Of a stretch of DNA of 64,000 bases, positions 45,136 to 53,858 are shown piece after piece; position 1 is the first letter of the stretch, and each line of letters begins with the position of its first letter. The position numbers were made by a program, and so were the translations under genes. The stretch comes from an uncultured Fibrobacter sp. (lineage in GTDB: Bacteria; Fibrobacterota; Fibrobacteria; Fibrobacterales; Fibrobacteraceae): NCBI GenBank assembly GCA_946539715.1, contig CAMNHR010000038.1, positions 14,873-78,872 of the forward strand, given 5' to 3'. The notes beneath the pieces were generated by a model, which was not told the origin of the DNA, did no database searches, and was given only the letters and a program-made list of their open reading frames with translations.

Positions 45136-45993
45136 TTAGTACTGTCTATTCACCCATCCCGTACTAAAGTCCAGGTCGATGCATTTGCCTGACGGTTTTT
45201 CTATTGTCTTCGTTTCCTTGACGATTTCGGCTTCAAGGTTTACATTACTGCAGTAAACAAACAGGAATGCATAGAGTTTTTCTTCTGTCGAATAGCTGCA
45301 GCCTTCCATTTCTACAATGGTGACCGTCATGGAGTTTGCACTGACCGCAGTCAAGACATTTGGCCTTCCGTCGCCTGCGACCACCAGTACATAGGCGCTG
45401 TAATCTTCGGCACCGCTTGCGCTGCAGGTCCCGTCGGCCTTGAGTTCTTCGATTTTGTTCTGGATTGTTTTCATCCCTTCTATTTTCTCGTCGGGAAGCT
45501 TGTAGATTCCGGGCTTATCGAAGTCCAACGAGGAACTGTTGTTGTCGCCTTCGCTGGTTGAAGGGGCTGTATCGGTCTTGTTCCGGACAACCGTTGCCGC
45601 GAGGACAGAATTGTCGTAATGGAGGTCCGGGATTCCGTATTGGGCGATAAAGCTGTTGGGGTCTCTGCCCGAAACGGGAGTGGATGCACTCTGCCCGGGC
45701 TTGGAATCGCTTTCTCCGTAAGAACTGGTGGGTTCCTGGGAACTGCTGGAATACTGCGTACTGGAAGCCTCTGCTACAGAACTGGAGGACTTGCCCGCAT
45801 CGGTGGAAGTTTCAGAACTGGAGGAAATAGAAATGATTTCGGAACTGGACGAGAGCGCATCTTGACCTTCGGCCATTTCATTAGTTTCTTCGGCGGTACC
45901 AGCAAGACCGCTCGTGGAATCGGCGCATCCTGTGCCCAAGAAGGCCACAAGGAAAAATAGCGCGAATAAATACAAGAGGAATGGCTTATTCAT
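45136..45993 (-). CDS. Ser-rich lipoprotein, unknown function
   Basis: Lipobox FLGTGC; long Ser/Thr/Glu linker; 8-nt overlap with the upstream regulator gene. Confidence 0.6.
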   Translation of the reverse strand: MNKPFLLYLFALFFLVAFLGTGCADSTSGLAGTAEETNEMAEGQDALSSSSEIISISSSSETSTDAGKSSSSVAEASSTQYSSSSQEPTSSYGESDSKPGQSASTPVSGRDPNSFIAQYGIPDLHYDNSVLAATVVRNKTDTAPSTSEGDNNSSSLDFDKPGIYKLPDEKIEGMKTIQNKIEELKADGTCSASGAEDYSAYVLVVAGDGRPNVLTAVSANSMTVTIVEMEGCSYSTEEKLYAFLFVYCSNVNLEAEIVKETKTIEKPSGKCIDLDFSTGWVNRQY

Positions 45994-46816
45994 TTTCGCA
46001 CTCCTTCACGTTTTTGGTCAAGGGGAAGAGCTGGAGGTTCAGGCGGTACACCTGGTCGATGTTTTTGTCATCTGCGGCGATGGCGATAATTTGGCGGCGG
46101 CATTCGTCCAGCACCTTCACGATGCGTTCGTAACTTTCGCGGGACACTCCCATGGTCACTCCGCTGAAGTTGCGCTGTTCAACAGGCAAATCCAACGCAG
46201 GGGTGGCAAGCTTGGACATCTGGCGGTGCATTCCCCTGAGTGCAAGCCGCGTGGCGTCCGGCGTTCCTGTGATGGATGTTTCTGCCTGCACGAAAGCGCT
46301 GTCCCCTGCCTTCTTCAGGAGACCCGCCTTCGTGAGGAAGTTCAGGCTCTGCTGGACTTCTGCCGCGGTCATTTCGGGGTAGCATTTCTTGGCGATCTCG
46401 CCCGGAGTGGCGCCCGGCATCAGCGGGGCAAGTTCACGTACAACGGGGTTCTGCCAGGAATCGTAAAACTCGAACAGGTCGCCTTCTAGCACGCGGACCT
46501 TGTGGACCTTGGCGATGGCGAGCATGTTTTCGTAGGCGGCCTTTTTCTTTTCTTCGGTGGCTGCCTGACCGAATTCCACCATAGCGCGGAAATATTCCAT
46601 CTCGAAACCCACGAGACCCATGGCGGCTCCCGTGCGTTCTACGCCGATACGGGAGAGTTTGCTCTTGCCGTCGCAGACTACCTTCATGTAAGAAGAGGAG
46701 GTGAATCCCGCTATCTTGGAGAACTCGCGCCACGAAAAAACGGAACGGCGCTTGCGCTCCTCGTAGTAATCCAGCATGTACTGGCGGAAATCGGAATATT
46801 CGACTATCGGTTTCAT
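45986..46816 (-). CDS. TIGR02147-family protein (putative HTH regulator, DUF4423-type)
   Basis: N-terminus YSDFRQYMLDYYEERKRRSVFSWREFSKIAGFTSSSYMKVVCDGKSKLS matches my recollection of the TIGR02147 signature. Confidence 0.7.
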   Translation of the reverse strand: MKPIVEYSDFRQYMLDYYEERKRRSVFSWREFSKIAGFTSSSYMKVVCDGKSKLSRIGVERTGAAMGLVGFEMEYFRAMVEFGQAATEEKKKAAYENMLAIAKVHKVRVLEGDLFEFYDSWQNPVVRELAPLMPGATPGEIAKKCYPEMTAAEVQQSLNFLTKAGLLKKAGDSAFVQAETSITGTPDATRLALRGMHRQMSKLATPALDLPVEQRNFSGVTMGVSRESYERIVKVLDECRRQIIAIAADDKNIDQVYRLNLQLFPLTKNVKECENE

Positions 46817-46824
46817 CGTAAATA

Positions 46825-46853
46825 AATATACGACTATTTTCCCCAAAAGTCAA
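46825..46853 (-). promoter_or_regulatory. sigma-70-like promoter TTGACT-17 nt-TATATT, 8 nt before the TIGR02147 start codon
   Basis: -35 at 46848-46853 and -10 at 46825-46830; ATG at 46816; no room for an SD sequence. Confidence 0.6.
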
Positions 46854-47004
46854 TAGCCTATGCAACAAAAATGCTTATTTTGAATAAAAATACTAAAAAT
46901 TTACATAATTTTCTAAAATATTTTCGTATATAGAACGCTTTGTTTCATATACTGTTGCATAAAGAAGGAGCGATGAAGTATTTGCTAAGTACGGAGATGA
47001 TAGG

Positions 47005-47053
47005 GGATCCCCGCCTTAGTTCGACGCAGCTCACCACAGGTCGCGGGGATGAC
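47005..47053 (-). repeat. GTC-hairpin (REP-like) element
   Basis: Minus strand GTCATCCCCGCgacctgtggtgagctgcgtcgaactaagGCGGGGATCC. Confidence 0.7.
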
Positions 47054-47174
47054 GAAAAGGAATATAGAAGGGGGTTTTAGGGGGCGCGCCCCCTAGGGGA
47101 CCTTTGGACACTTGGCCTTTAGGCCTTAGTGTACATGGCCACCTTTAGGTGGTGGGGTGATGGAAGACGCGGCG

Positions 47175-47201
47175 AGATGGCGGCTCGTGGGCCGCCATGA
47201 C
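47175..47201 (-). repeat. GTC-hairpin (REP-like) element
   Basis: Minus strand GTCATGGCGGCccacgaGCCGCCATCTC. Confidence 0.75.
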
Positions 47202-47241
47202 GAAGCAAGGCTGCAATCAGGGGGAGGCTTCCCCCGCACAA

Positions 47242-47274
47242 TAAAAAAGAACTGCAGCGTTTGCCGCGGTTCTT
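47242..47274 (-). terminator. intrinsic terminator after the Fe-ADH gene
   Basis: Minus strand AAGAACCGCGGCAAACGCTGCAGTTCTT followed by TTTTAT. Confidence 0.7.
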
Positions 47275-47294
47275 TGAGGTTTCATTGGAGACTC

Positions 47295-48455
47295 TTATAG
47301 CGCAATTTTCAAGATGTCTTTGATGGCGGCAGCGTCTAGCGGCACGTAGTGACCGACCTTGCCGTTGCGTGTGGCGCGGGCGGACATGGCGTCAAAATCC
47401 CTGTCGTCGATTTTCAGTTCTGCAAGGGTTGTGGCCAGGTGCAGTTTCTTGAAGAACGCCGCCAGTTTTTCGGACAGGATGTAGGCCCGTTCTGTTTCGC
47501 TGTAGTTGAAGGTATCCACACCGAACACCCGGCTTGCGAGGAGCGCGAGCCTCCAGGGCTTTTTCTCGGCCATGTACTTGGTCCAAGCGACGGTCACCAC
47601 CGCCATGCCTTCGCCGTGGGTGATGTTGTACTGGGCCGAAAGTTCGTGCTCGATCCGGTGCGAGCCCCAGTCGGCGCGTCGCCCGGCATCCAGGAAGCCT
47701 CCGTGGGCCACACTGGCGAGCCACTGGATTTCTCCGCGGGCGTTGACGTCTTGCTGGTTGGCGATGAGCTTGTCCGCGTTCACGAGCAGGGCACGGATGG
47801 CACCTTCAATCAGGTAGTCCGTGGTGTCGGAAAATTTCTCGTCGGAGAAATAGCGCTCCAACAGGTGCGAAAGCACGTCCGCGATGCCCACGAAGGTCTG
47901 GTACGCCGGCAGGCCCACCGTGTATTTCGGATTCATGATGGCGAACTTCGGGATGATGCGGTCGTCTTCGAAGCCAAGCTTCCACTGCCCGCTAGAAAGG
48001 ATGGCCGCGTTGGATGTTTCGGAACCGCTGGATGCCGTAGTGGCGATGACGCCTATTGGTAATACCTTTTCGGGTGAAATTCCCTTCTCGAAGAAATCCC
48101 ACACGTCCCCTTCGTAAGGTATTCCGAGCGCCACCGCCTTTGCGGTATCTATGGAACTTCCTCCTCCGACAGCAAGCACAAAGTCCACCTGGTTTTGTTT
48201 GCCCTGCTTCACCAGCTCGCGAACAAGGTCGATGGACGGGTTCGGCACCACGTTCCCGTTTTCCGAAAAACGGATTCCCAGTTCCGCAACGGCGTCCTTG
48301 ATGACATCGTAAATGCCGAGGGTCTTGATAAAGTCGCCGCTGTAAACGAGCTGGAGCGACTTTACGCCGTGTGCGGCCAAAAGCGATTTCAGTTTCTGTT
48401 CGCTGTGTTCGCCGAAAATGATTTTTGCAGGGTTGTAGTATTCAAAATCAATCAT
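47295..48455 (-). CDS. iron-containing alcohol dehydrogenase (YqhD/butanol-DH-like)
   Basis: AVGGGSSIDTAK NAD(P) motif and H..EH..S metal-ligand region (HRIEHELS); ATG at 48455 preceded by TTGTACGGAGA. Confidence 0.85.
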   Translation of the reverse strand: MIDFEYYNPAKIIFGEHSEQKLKSLLAAHGVKSLQLVYSGDFIKTLGIYDVIKDAVAELGIRFSENGNVVPNPSIDLVRELVKQGKQNQVDFVLAVGGGSSIDTAKAVALGIPYEGDVWDFFEKGISPEKVLPIGVIATTASSGSETSNAAILSSGQWKLGFEDDRIIPKFAIMNPKYTVGLPAYQTFVGIADVLSHLLERYFSDEKFSDTTDYLIEGAIRALLVNADKLIANQQDVNARGEIQWLASVAHGGFLDAGRRADWGSHRIEHELSAQYNITHGEGMAVVTVAWTKYMAEKKPWRLALLASRVFGVDTFNYSETERAYILSEKLAAFFKKLHLATTLAELKIDDRDFDAMSARATRNGKVGHYVPLDAAAIKDILKIAL

Positions 48456-48477
48456 TGTATTCTCCGTACAAAAAAGT

Positions 48478-48515
48478 GTCATCCTGAGCGGAGCGTAAGC
48501 GAAGTCGAAGGATCC
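48478..48515 (+). repeat. GTC-hairpin (REP-like) element
   Basis: GTCATCCTgagcggagcgtaagcgaagtcgaAGGATCC. Confidence 0.7.
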
Positions 48516-48557
48516 AAATCAGCGGGTTTTTCCTAATGGTGGAAATACCGCTGGACT

Positions 48558-48590
48558 GGATGCTTTCTGGCCTACGCCCGTCAGCATGAC
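48558..48590 (-). repeat. GTC-hairpin (REP-like) element
   Basis: Minus strand GTCATGCTgacgggcgtaggccagaaAGCATCC. Confidence 0.6.
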
Positions 48591-48627
48591 GTTACTTAAA
48601 ACTGACCTCTCATAACTCACGACTCGT

Positions 48628-49911
48628 TTAGATTGCCGCGAAGCCGTTTTCCAGGTCGGCGATGATGTCTTCGTAGTGTTCCGTACCGATAGACACGCGG
48701 ATGGTTGCCGGAGTGATTTCGGCTGCGGCAAGTTCTTCCGGAGTGAGTTCCGAGTGCGTGGTGGTGTAGGGGTGAATCACGAGGCTCTTCACGTCGGCAA
48801 CGTTTGCAAGCAGGCTGAAGATCTTCAGGCTGTCGATGAACTTGAAGGCTTCGGCCTGGCCGCCCTTGATGTCGAATGTGAAAATGGACCCGCCTCCGTT
48901 GGGGAAATACTTCTGGTAAAGTTCGTGGTCCGGATGGTTCGGCAGGCTCGGGTGGCTCACGCGGGTAACCTTCGGGTGCTTCACCAGGTACTCGATGACC
49001 TTCTTGGTGTTTTCTACATGGCGGTCCAGGCGGAGCGAAAGGGTTTCTACACCCTGCAGCAGCAGGAACGCGTTGAACGGAGAAATGGCAGCGCCTTCGT
49101 CGCGCAAGAGAATCGTGCGGATGTAGATGGCGTATGCCGCAGCGCCGGTGGCAACGAAAGGAATGCCGTAGCTCGGGTTCTTTTCGGTAAACTGCGGGAA
49201 TTTGCCACTGGCCGCCCAGTCGAACTTGCCACTATCTACGATGATGCCGCCGAGGGTCGTTCCATGGCCGCCGATAAACTTGGTGGCAGAATGCACCACC
49301 ACGTCGGCACCGTGTTCGATGGGGCGAATCAGGTAGGGGGTTCCGAAGGTGTTGTCGATGACCAGCGGAATCTTGTTCTTGTGGGCAATCTGGGCGATTG
49401 CATCGATATCTGGAATGTCGGAATGAGGGTTACCGAGAGTTTCGATAAAGATGAGCTTTGTGTTACTCTTGACAGCGGCTTCCACGCTCTTGAGGTCATG
49501 AGTGTCAACGAAGGTCGATTCGATACCAAAATCGCGGAGCGTGTGCTGCAGCAGGTTGAAAGTTCCGCCGTAAACCGTGCGCTGGGCCACCACATGGTCT
49601 CCCTTGCGGGCAAGAGCCGTGATGGCGTAAGTGATGGCTGCAGCACCAGAAGCTACAGCCAGAGCGGCAACGCCACCTTCGAGCGCGGCAACACGTTCTT
49701 CGAGTACGCCCTGGGTGCTGTTGGTGATGCGTCCATAGACGTTACCTGCATCCTTCAGGGCAAAACGGTCAGCGGCATGCTGTGCGTTATGGAACACGTA
49801 AGAAGTGGTCTGGTAAATAGGCACCGCGCGGGAATCGGTTGTGGGGTCTGCGTGTTCCTGGCCAACGTGGAGCTGAAGAGTTTCAAAATGGAGCTTGTTC
49901 TGTGTTGTCAT
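48628..49911 (-). CDS. metY: O-acetylhomoserine sulfhydrylase (aminocarboxypropyltransferase)
   Basis: [28 protein letters not shown] start; PLP-lysine region [11 protein letters not shown]. Confidence 0.9.
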   Translation of the reverse strand: MTTQNKLHFETLQLHVGQEHADPTTDSRAVPIYQTTSYVFHNAQHAADRFALKDAGNVYGRITNSTQGVLEERVAALEGGVAALAVASGAAAITYAITALARKGDHVVAQRTVYGGTFNLLQHTLRDFGIESTFVDTHDLKSVEAAVKSNTKLIFIETLGNPHSDIPDIDAIAQIAHKNKIPLVIDNTFGTPYLIRPIEHGADVVVHSATKFIGGHGTTLGGIIVDSGKFDWAASGKFPQFTEKNPSYGIPFVATGAAAYAIYIRTILLRDEGAAISPFNAFLLLQGVETLSLRLDRHVENTKKVIEYLVKHPKVTRVSHPSLPNHPDHELYQKYFPNGGGSIFTFDIKGGQAEAFKFIDSLKIFSLLANVADVKSLVIHPYTTTHSELTPEELAAAEITPATIRVSIGTEHYEDIIADLENGFAAI

Positions 49912-50157
49912 GGTAAAAATTCCTTTTAGGTTGCAGCGGGCAACCGGGTCCCATGAGGACCCTTCGCTCGCTAAATTTTTGTTTTTGAAATATCCTTGGG
50001 CTTGATTTTTCTAACCTGCAAAGCCTCAAGGACAAAAGGCTTCCGGCTAGTTCGTTTTCAGAATGCCTCTCGGCATTCGACATTCAGTACTCATAGGCGC
50101 TCCTTCGAATGCTTTGGGAATCACAAACCATTTTGTTATCCCTATCAATCTTGTAGG
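49912..50157 (-). promoter_or_regulatory. 246-nt structured 5' leader of metY (class not identified)
   Basis: Begins with the dyad CCTACAAGATTGATAGG; contains hairpins GAATGCCgagaGGCATTC, GGGTCCtcatGGGACC and GGTTGCccgctGCAACC; ends in an AAGGAA RBS. Confidence 0.5.
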
Positions 50158-50161
50158 AAAT

Positions 50162-50190
50162 AAAATAGAATAAGAATTTCCCTTCGTCAA
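50162..50190 (-). promoter_or_regulatory. sigma-70-like promoter of metY (TTGACG-17 nt-TATTTT)
   Basis: -35 at 50185-50190 and -10 at 50162-50167. Confidence 0.55.
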
Positions 50191-50305
50191 GGCATAAATG
50201 CATACTATTTAATTATGGTTGGCGATAGTTTTTAATTATGGCTAATGCGTACAAAGGGAGATAAATATTTCTTCCATTGGATCTTCTTTTGCTACATTTC
50301 TTTGC

Positions 50306-50692
50306 ATGAAATCTATTGAAGTCGTAGCCGGCATCATCATGGACGGCGAAAAAGTTTTCGCCACGCAGCGGGGCTATGGCGACTATAAGGACTTCTGGGA
50401 ATTCCCGGGCGGTAAAATGGAGCCTGGAGAAACCCCGCAGCAGGCCCTTGCCCGGGAGCTGAAAGAAGAACTCGCCATCGATGTAAACGTGGGCGAATTC
50501 CTGTGCACGGTGGAGCACGACTACCCGACCTTTCACCTGACCATGCACTGCTTTTACTGCACTATCGCGGGCGGAAAGGCTCCAAAGCTTTTGGAACACG
50601 AGGCGGCCAGGTGGCTTGCTCCCGCGGAATTGCGCGTTGTGAACTGGCTCCCCGCCGACGTGAAGGTGGTTGAGGCGCTGGAAAAGGCGTAA
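50306..50692 (+). CDS. mutT: Nudix hydrolase, MutT-like (8-oxo-dGTP / (d)CTP pyrophosphatase)
   Basis: Nudix box GGKMEPGETPQQALARELKEEL. Confidence 0.8.
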   Translation: MKSIEVVAGIIMDGEKVFATQRGYGDYKDFWEFPGGKMEPGETPQQALARELKEELAIDVNVGEFLCTVEHDYPTFHLTMHCFYCTIAGGKAPKLLEHEAARWLAPAELRVVNWLPADVKVVEALEKA

Positions 50693-50758
50693 ATTTGAAA
50701 ATTACGGCCCTGCCATTGACAAAACGTCCATAGAAAATATCCCGAAACTATGGAAAAT

Positions 50759-50783
50759 CCCCCTAAAAGGGGGTATTTTTTTT
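50759..50783 (+). terminator. intrinsic terminator
   Basis: CCCCCtaaaaGGGGG followed by TATTTTTTTT. Confidence 0.75.
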
Positions 50784-50806
50784 GCCGGTGATTAAGGATT
50801 GTGGGT

Positions 50807-52852
50807 ATGAAACATAAGCTTCTTACTGCTGTTTTGGTATTGGCCGCCATTTCTGAAGCGGCTGTAAACTTAAACGTCAGCTTGGGTGATAGCATCAAGC
50901 CGGTGACCCATGTGGCCACGGGTTCGCTCTACGGCCTGACTGAAGATCTTCCGAGCAACATTGAAAGGGACGTGGCTCCCCTCAAGCCTAACGTGTTCCT
51001 CGCTCCAGCCCGTAGCGGAAACGGGCGCCAGCAGCGTATCGGTGGCGCGTTCCTGGTGGCCCCCCGTGTTGAGAGCATCGGCGCGAAAATCCAGATTCGC
51101 TTGGCCGACGTATTGCCGGGCTGGCCTTATGGCTTCAAGAGTATGGACCACTGGAAACAGGAAGTGACGTCTGTAATCAACGACAAGCTCGCCTCGAACA
51201 ACAAGAATTTTGACGGTTACGAAATATGGAACGAACCGGACGGTACCTGGAATAACGAAAACGGAGACTTCAATTCGGTGCTCTGGAAGCAGACCTACCA
51301 GCTAATCCGTGAAAAGGACCCGACGGCAAAGATTATCGGACCCTCGTACTCGTACTACAACTCCTCGCGCATGGAGGCGTTCGTGAAGTACTGCTCCCAG
51401 AACAACTGCATGCCCGACGTAATCAGCTGGCACCAGTGGGGGAGCGGCAGCTTTGTGGAAGTCGTGGAAAACTACCGCTATCTTGAAAAGAAATACGGTG
51501 TTTCTCCGCGCCCCCTCAGCATCAACGAGTATTCCTCTACGGAACACACCGAAGAGGGCTGCCCTGGCCTTTCGATTCCCTTTATTGCCAAATTCGAGCG
51601 CCATGGTGTTGAAAGTGCCATGATTTCGTGGTGGTTCGTGCCGCTTCCGGGCCGCCTCGGGAGCTTGCTCACCGAGAATAACGAACGTGGCGGTGGATGG
51701 TGGCTGTACAAGTGGTACGGTGACATGAGCGGCTACATGGCAAAGGTTACACCCCCCAACGATAGGAGCGACGGCGTGGACGGCTTTGCAGCCCTTGACA
51801 AGAAGAAGGGCTTTGCAAGCATCGTGCTGGGCGGCAACACCCTGGGCGATATCAATGTGAACATTTCGGGCATCCCCGCTGCTTTTGGAAACAAGGTGAA
51901 TGTGGCGGTGGAATACGTGGTGTGGGAAAACAAGGACAAGGCGGTTCCTTCGACCACGCCGGTATCCAGCAAGGAATACGATGTGAGCGAAGGCAAGATT
52001 ACGGTACCGGTGAATATTGCCAACACCAAGTACGGTTATCGCGTGTACGTGACAGCCATTGTCCCCCAGGGCCCATACAACGGAGTGGCTACGGCAATTC
52101 CGGGAAGGCTTGAGACGGAGAACTACGATGTGGGCGGCCCTGACAAGGCTTATATGGACAAGGACGACGAGAACAAGGGAAAGACCTACCGCGAAGATGC
52201 CGTTGATGTGGTGAAGGGTGGTACAGGCTACGCTATCGGCTACACCCAAGAAGGCGAATGGCTGGAATACACAGTGAAGGTGGACGAATCCGGCGAGTAC
52301 AGCGTGTTTGCCAGCTATGCGACCTCTTCTGAAAATGCTGGGTTCAACTTGTACGTGGATGACGAAATGGTGCTAGAAAATATTGTATTCCCGCAGGGTA
52401 GCGACTGGGAAACCTACGCCACGTTTGATGCGGGAAAGGTGAAACTGCTTGCAGGGGAACATGTGCTCAAGTTGGAAATTGTAGGCAACTACGTGAACAT
52501 TGACTGGCTTGATTTCAGTGCAGTCAATTCAGCGAAGGGTGATTTGACAACGGTAAAAGACTCTACAGCGGTGAAAGATTCAACGGTGACGAAGGCTCCC
52601 GATACGAAGGATCGTACGCCTGACAAGGAACCGGCTTCTTTAGGCAAGATCCGCTATAATGTGGATTTCTCAATGCCGCAGACCTACATGATATATGGAA
52701 TTGACGGACGCTTTGTGGCAAAGTTTGCGTCTGTGGGCGTAGAAGAACTGCAGGCAAAAACTGCAGCGGCGGTCAAGCGCTCCGGCATGTATCTGGTGAA
52801 ATCCAGAACAGGCGGAAAGGTTTACCGCATTAAGGTTTCGCAACCGGACTAA
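50807..52852 (+). CDS. secreted clan GH-A glycoside hydrolase (family not assigned) with CBM6 and C-terminal sorting-type domain
   Basis: YEIWNEPDG (acid/base) and SINEYSS (nucleophile candidate); CBM6-like segment GRLETENYD...GEWLEYTV...NIDWLDF; CTD-like end. Confidence 0.65.
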   Translation: MKHKLLTAVLVLAAISEAAVNLNVSLGDSIKPVTHVATGSLYGLTEDLPSNIERDVAPLKPNVFLAPARSGNGRQQRIGGAFLVAPRVESIGAKIQIRLADVLPGWPYGFKSMDHWKQEVTSVINDKLASNNKNFDGYEIWNEPDGTWNNENGDFNSVLWKQTYQLIREKDPTAKIIGPSYSYYNSSRMEAFVKYCSQNNCMPDVISWHQWGSGSFVEVVENYRYLEKKYGVSPRPLSINEYSSTEHTEEGCPGLSIPFIAKFERHGVESAMISWWFVPLPGRLGSLLTENNERGGGWWLYKWYGDMSGYMAKVTPPNDRSDGVDGFAALDKKKGFASIVLGGNTLGDINVNISGIPAAFGNKVNVAVEYVVWENKDKAVPSTTPVSSKEYDVSEGKITVPVNIANTKYGYRVYVTAIVPQGPYNGVATAIPGRLETENYDVGGPDKAYMDKDDENKGKTYREDAVDVVKGGTGYAIGYTQEGEWLEYTVKVDESGEYSVFASYATSSENAGFNLYVDDEMVLENIVFPQGSDWETYATFDAGKVKLLAGEHVLKLEIVGNYVNIDWLDFSAVNSAKGDLTTVKDSTAVKDSTVTKAPDTKDRTPDKEPASLGKIRYNVDFSMPQTYMIYGIDGRFVAKFASVGVEELQAKTAAAVKRSGMYLVKSRTGGKVYRIKVSQPD

Positions 52853-52880
52853 TCAAAAAAAATTATTCGTCCTCTCCCAG

Positions 52881-52914
52881 AAAAAAACCGCCGGCGTCCT
52901 GCTGGCGGTTTTCT
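52881..52914. terminator. bidirectional terminator between convergent genes
   Basis: AACCGCCggcgtcctgctGGCGGTT flanked by an A-run and a T-run. Confidence 0.7.
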
Positions 52915-52938
52915 AGTTCTAGAAATTGTTGACGAAAT

Positions 52939-53856
52939 TTATGGGGTTTCGTACAATCCCTTGCTAAAGTAACGGTCGCCGCGGTCGGGGGCTACGAACA
53001 CGATGTTTCCGCGGGCACCCGAGGCGATGAGTTTCTTGGCTGCGGTGAACGCTGCACCCGAAGAGGAGCCTGCGAAGATTCCTTCTTTCTTGGCGAGTTC
53101 GCGAGCGCCGCCAAAGGCGTCGTCATCGTTGATTTTGATGACTTGATCCACCAGCGACATGTCCATGGTATCGGCGATAAAGTCGTTGCCGATTCCTTCG
53201 ATGTTGTAGTCGCCATGAACGCCCCCGCCCATGGTAGAGCCGATGGGGTCTGCGAGCACTCCCTTGATGTTGGGGTTCTTTTCCTTGAGCGCCTTGAGGA
53301 TTCCGCTAAAGGTGCCGCCACTGCCTGCGCCTGCCACCACGTAGTCGATTTGTCCGTCCAAATCTTCGTAGATTTCGGGGCCGGTGGTTTCGTAATGGGC
53401 CAGCGGGTTTGCCATGTTGCGGAACTGCCTGAGCGAAACAGAGCCCGGAATTTGCGTCAGGAGTTCTTCGGCCTTCTTTTCGGCACCGAGCATGCCCTCT
53501 TCGCGGGGGGTGTTGATGAGTTCTGCACCGAGGGCGCGCATAAGCGTCTGCTTTTCTTGGGAGAACTTGGTGGGCACCACGAATATCACGCGGATGCCGC
53601 GGTTGAGTGCCGCGAAGGCGATGCCGAGGCCGGTGTTGCCTGCGGTGGCTTCCACAATGGTTCCACCCGGTTTCAGGAGCCCCTTTTCAATCGCGTCGTT
53701 CACCATATAAAGGCCGGTGCGGTCCTTCACGCTGCCCGAGGGGTTCCAAAGTTCCAGTTTCGCAAACAGGTTTACGCCTTCGGGGAGTCCGACATGGTTA
53801 AGCTTTACAAGCGGAGTCTTCCCGATTAAAGATTGCATTGATTCGTAGTAATGCAT
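52939..53856 (-). CDS. cysteine synthase / cystathionine beta-synthase-like PLP enzyme (CysK/MccA-type)
   Basis: LELWNPSGSVKDR PLP-lysine motif and GSGGT loop. Confidence 0.85.
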   Translation of the reverse strand: MHYYESMQSLIGKTPLVKLNHVGLPEGVNLFAKLELWNPSGSVKDRTGLYMVNDAIEKGLLKPGGTIVEATAGNTGLGIAFAALNRGIRVIFVVPTKFSQEKQTLMRALGAELINTPREEGMLGAEKKAEELLTQIPGSVSLRQFRNMANPLAHYETTGPEIYEDLDGQIDYVVAGAGSGGTFSGILKALKEKNPNIKGVLADPIGSTMGGGVHGDYNIEGIGNDFIADTMDMSLVDQVIKINDDDAFGGARELAKKEGIFAGSSSGAAFTAAKKLIASGARGNIVFVAPDRGDRYFSKGLYETP

Positions 53857-53858
53857 GG

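Noticed and set aside
46973-47080. 35-codon ORF with an AAGGAG RBS (MKYLLSTEMIGDPRLSS...)
   Set aside because: Most of it translates a GTC-hairpin element and G/C palindromes, and it has no support beyond the RBS-like sequence.
49912-50157. SAM-I (S-box) riboswitch or T-box upstream of metY and the mccB-like gene
   Set aside because: I could not find the SAM-I core (GGAGGGA / GCAACC in a proper four-helix arrangement) or the T-box sequence by eye. The GCAACC in the metY leader is only 20 nt from the ATG. I keep these as leaders of unknown class. A covariance-model search is needed to decide.
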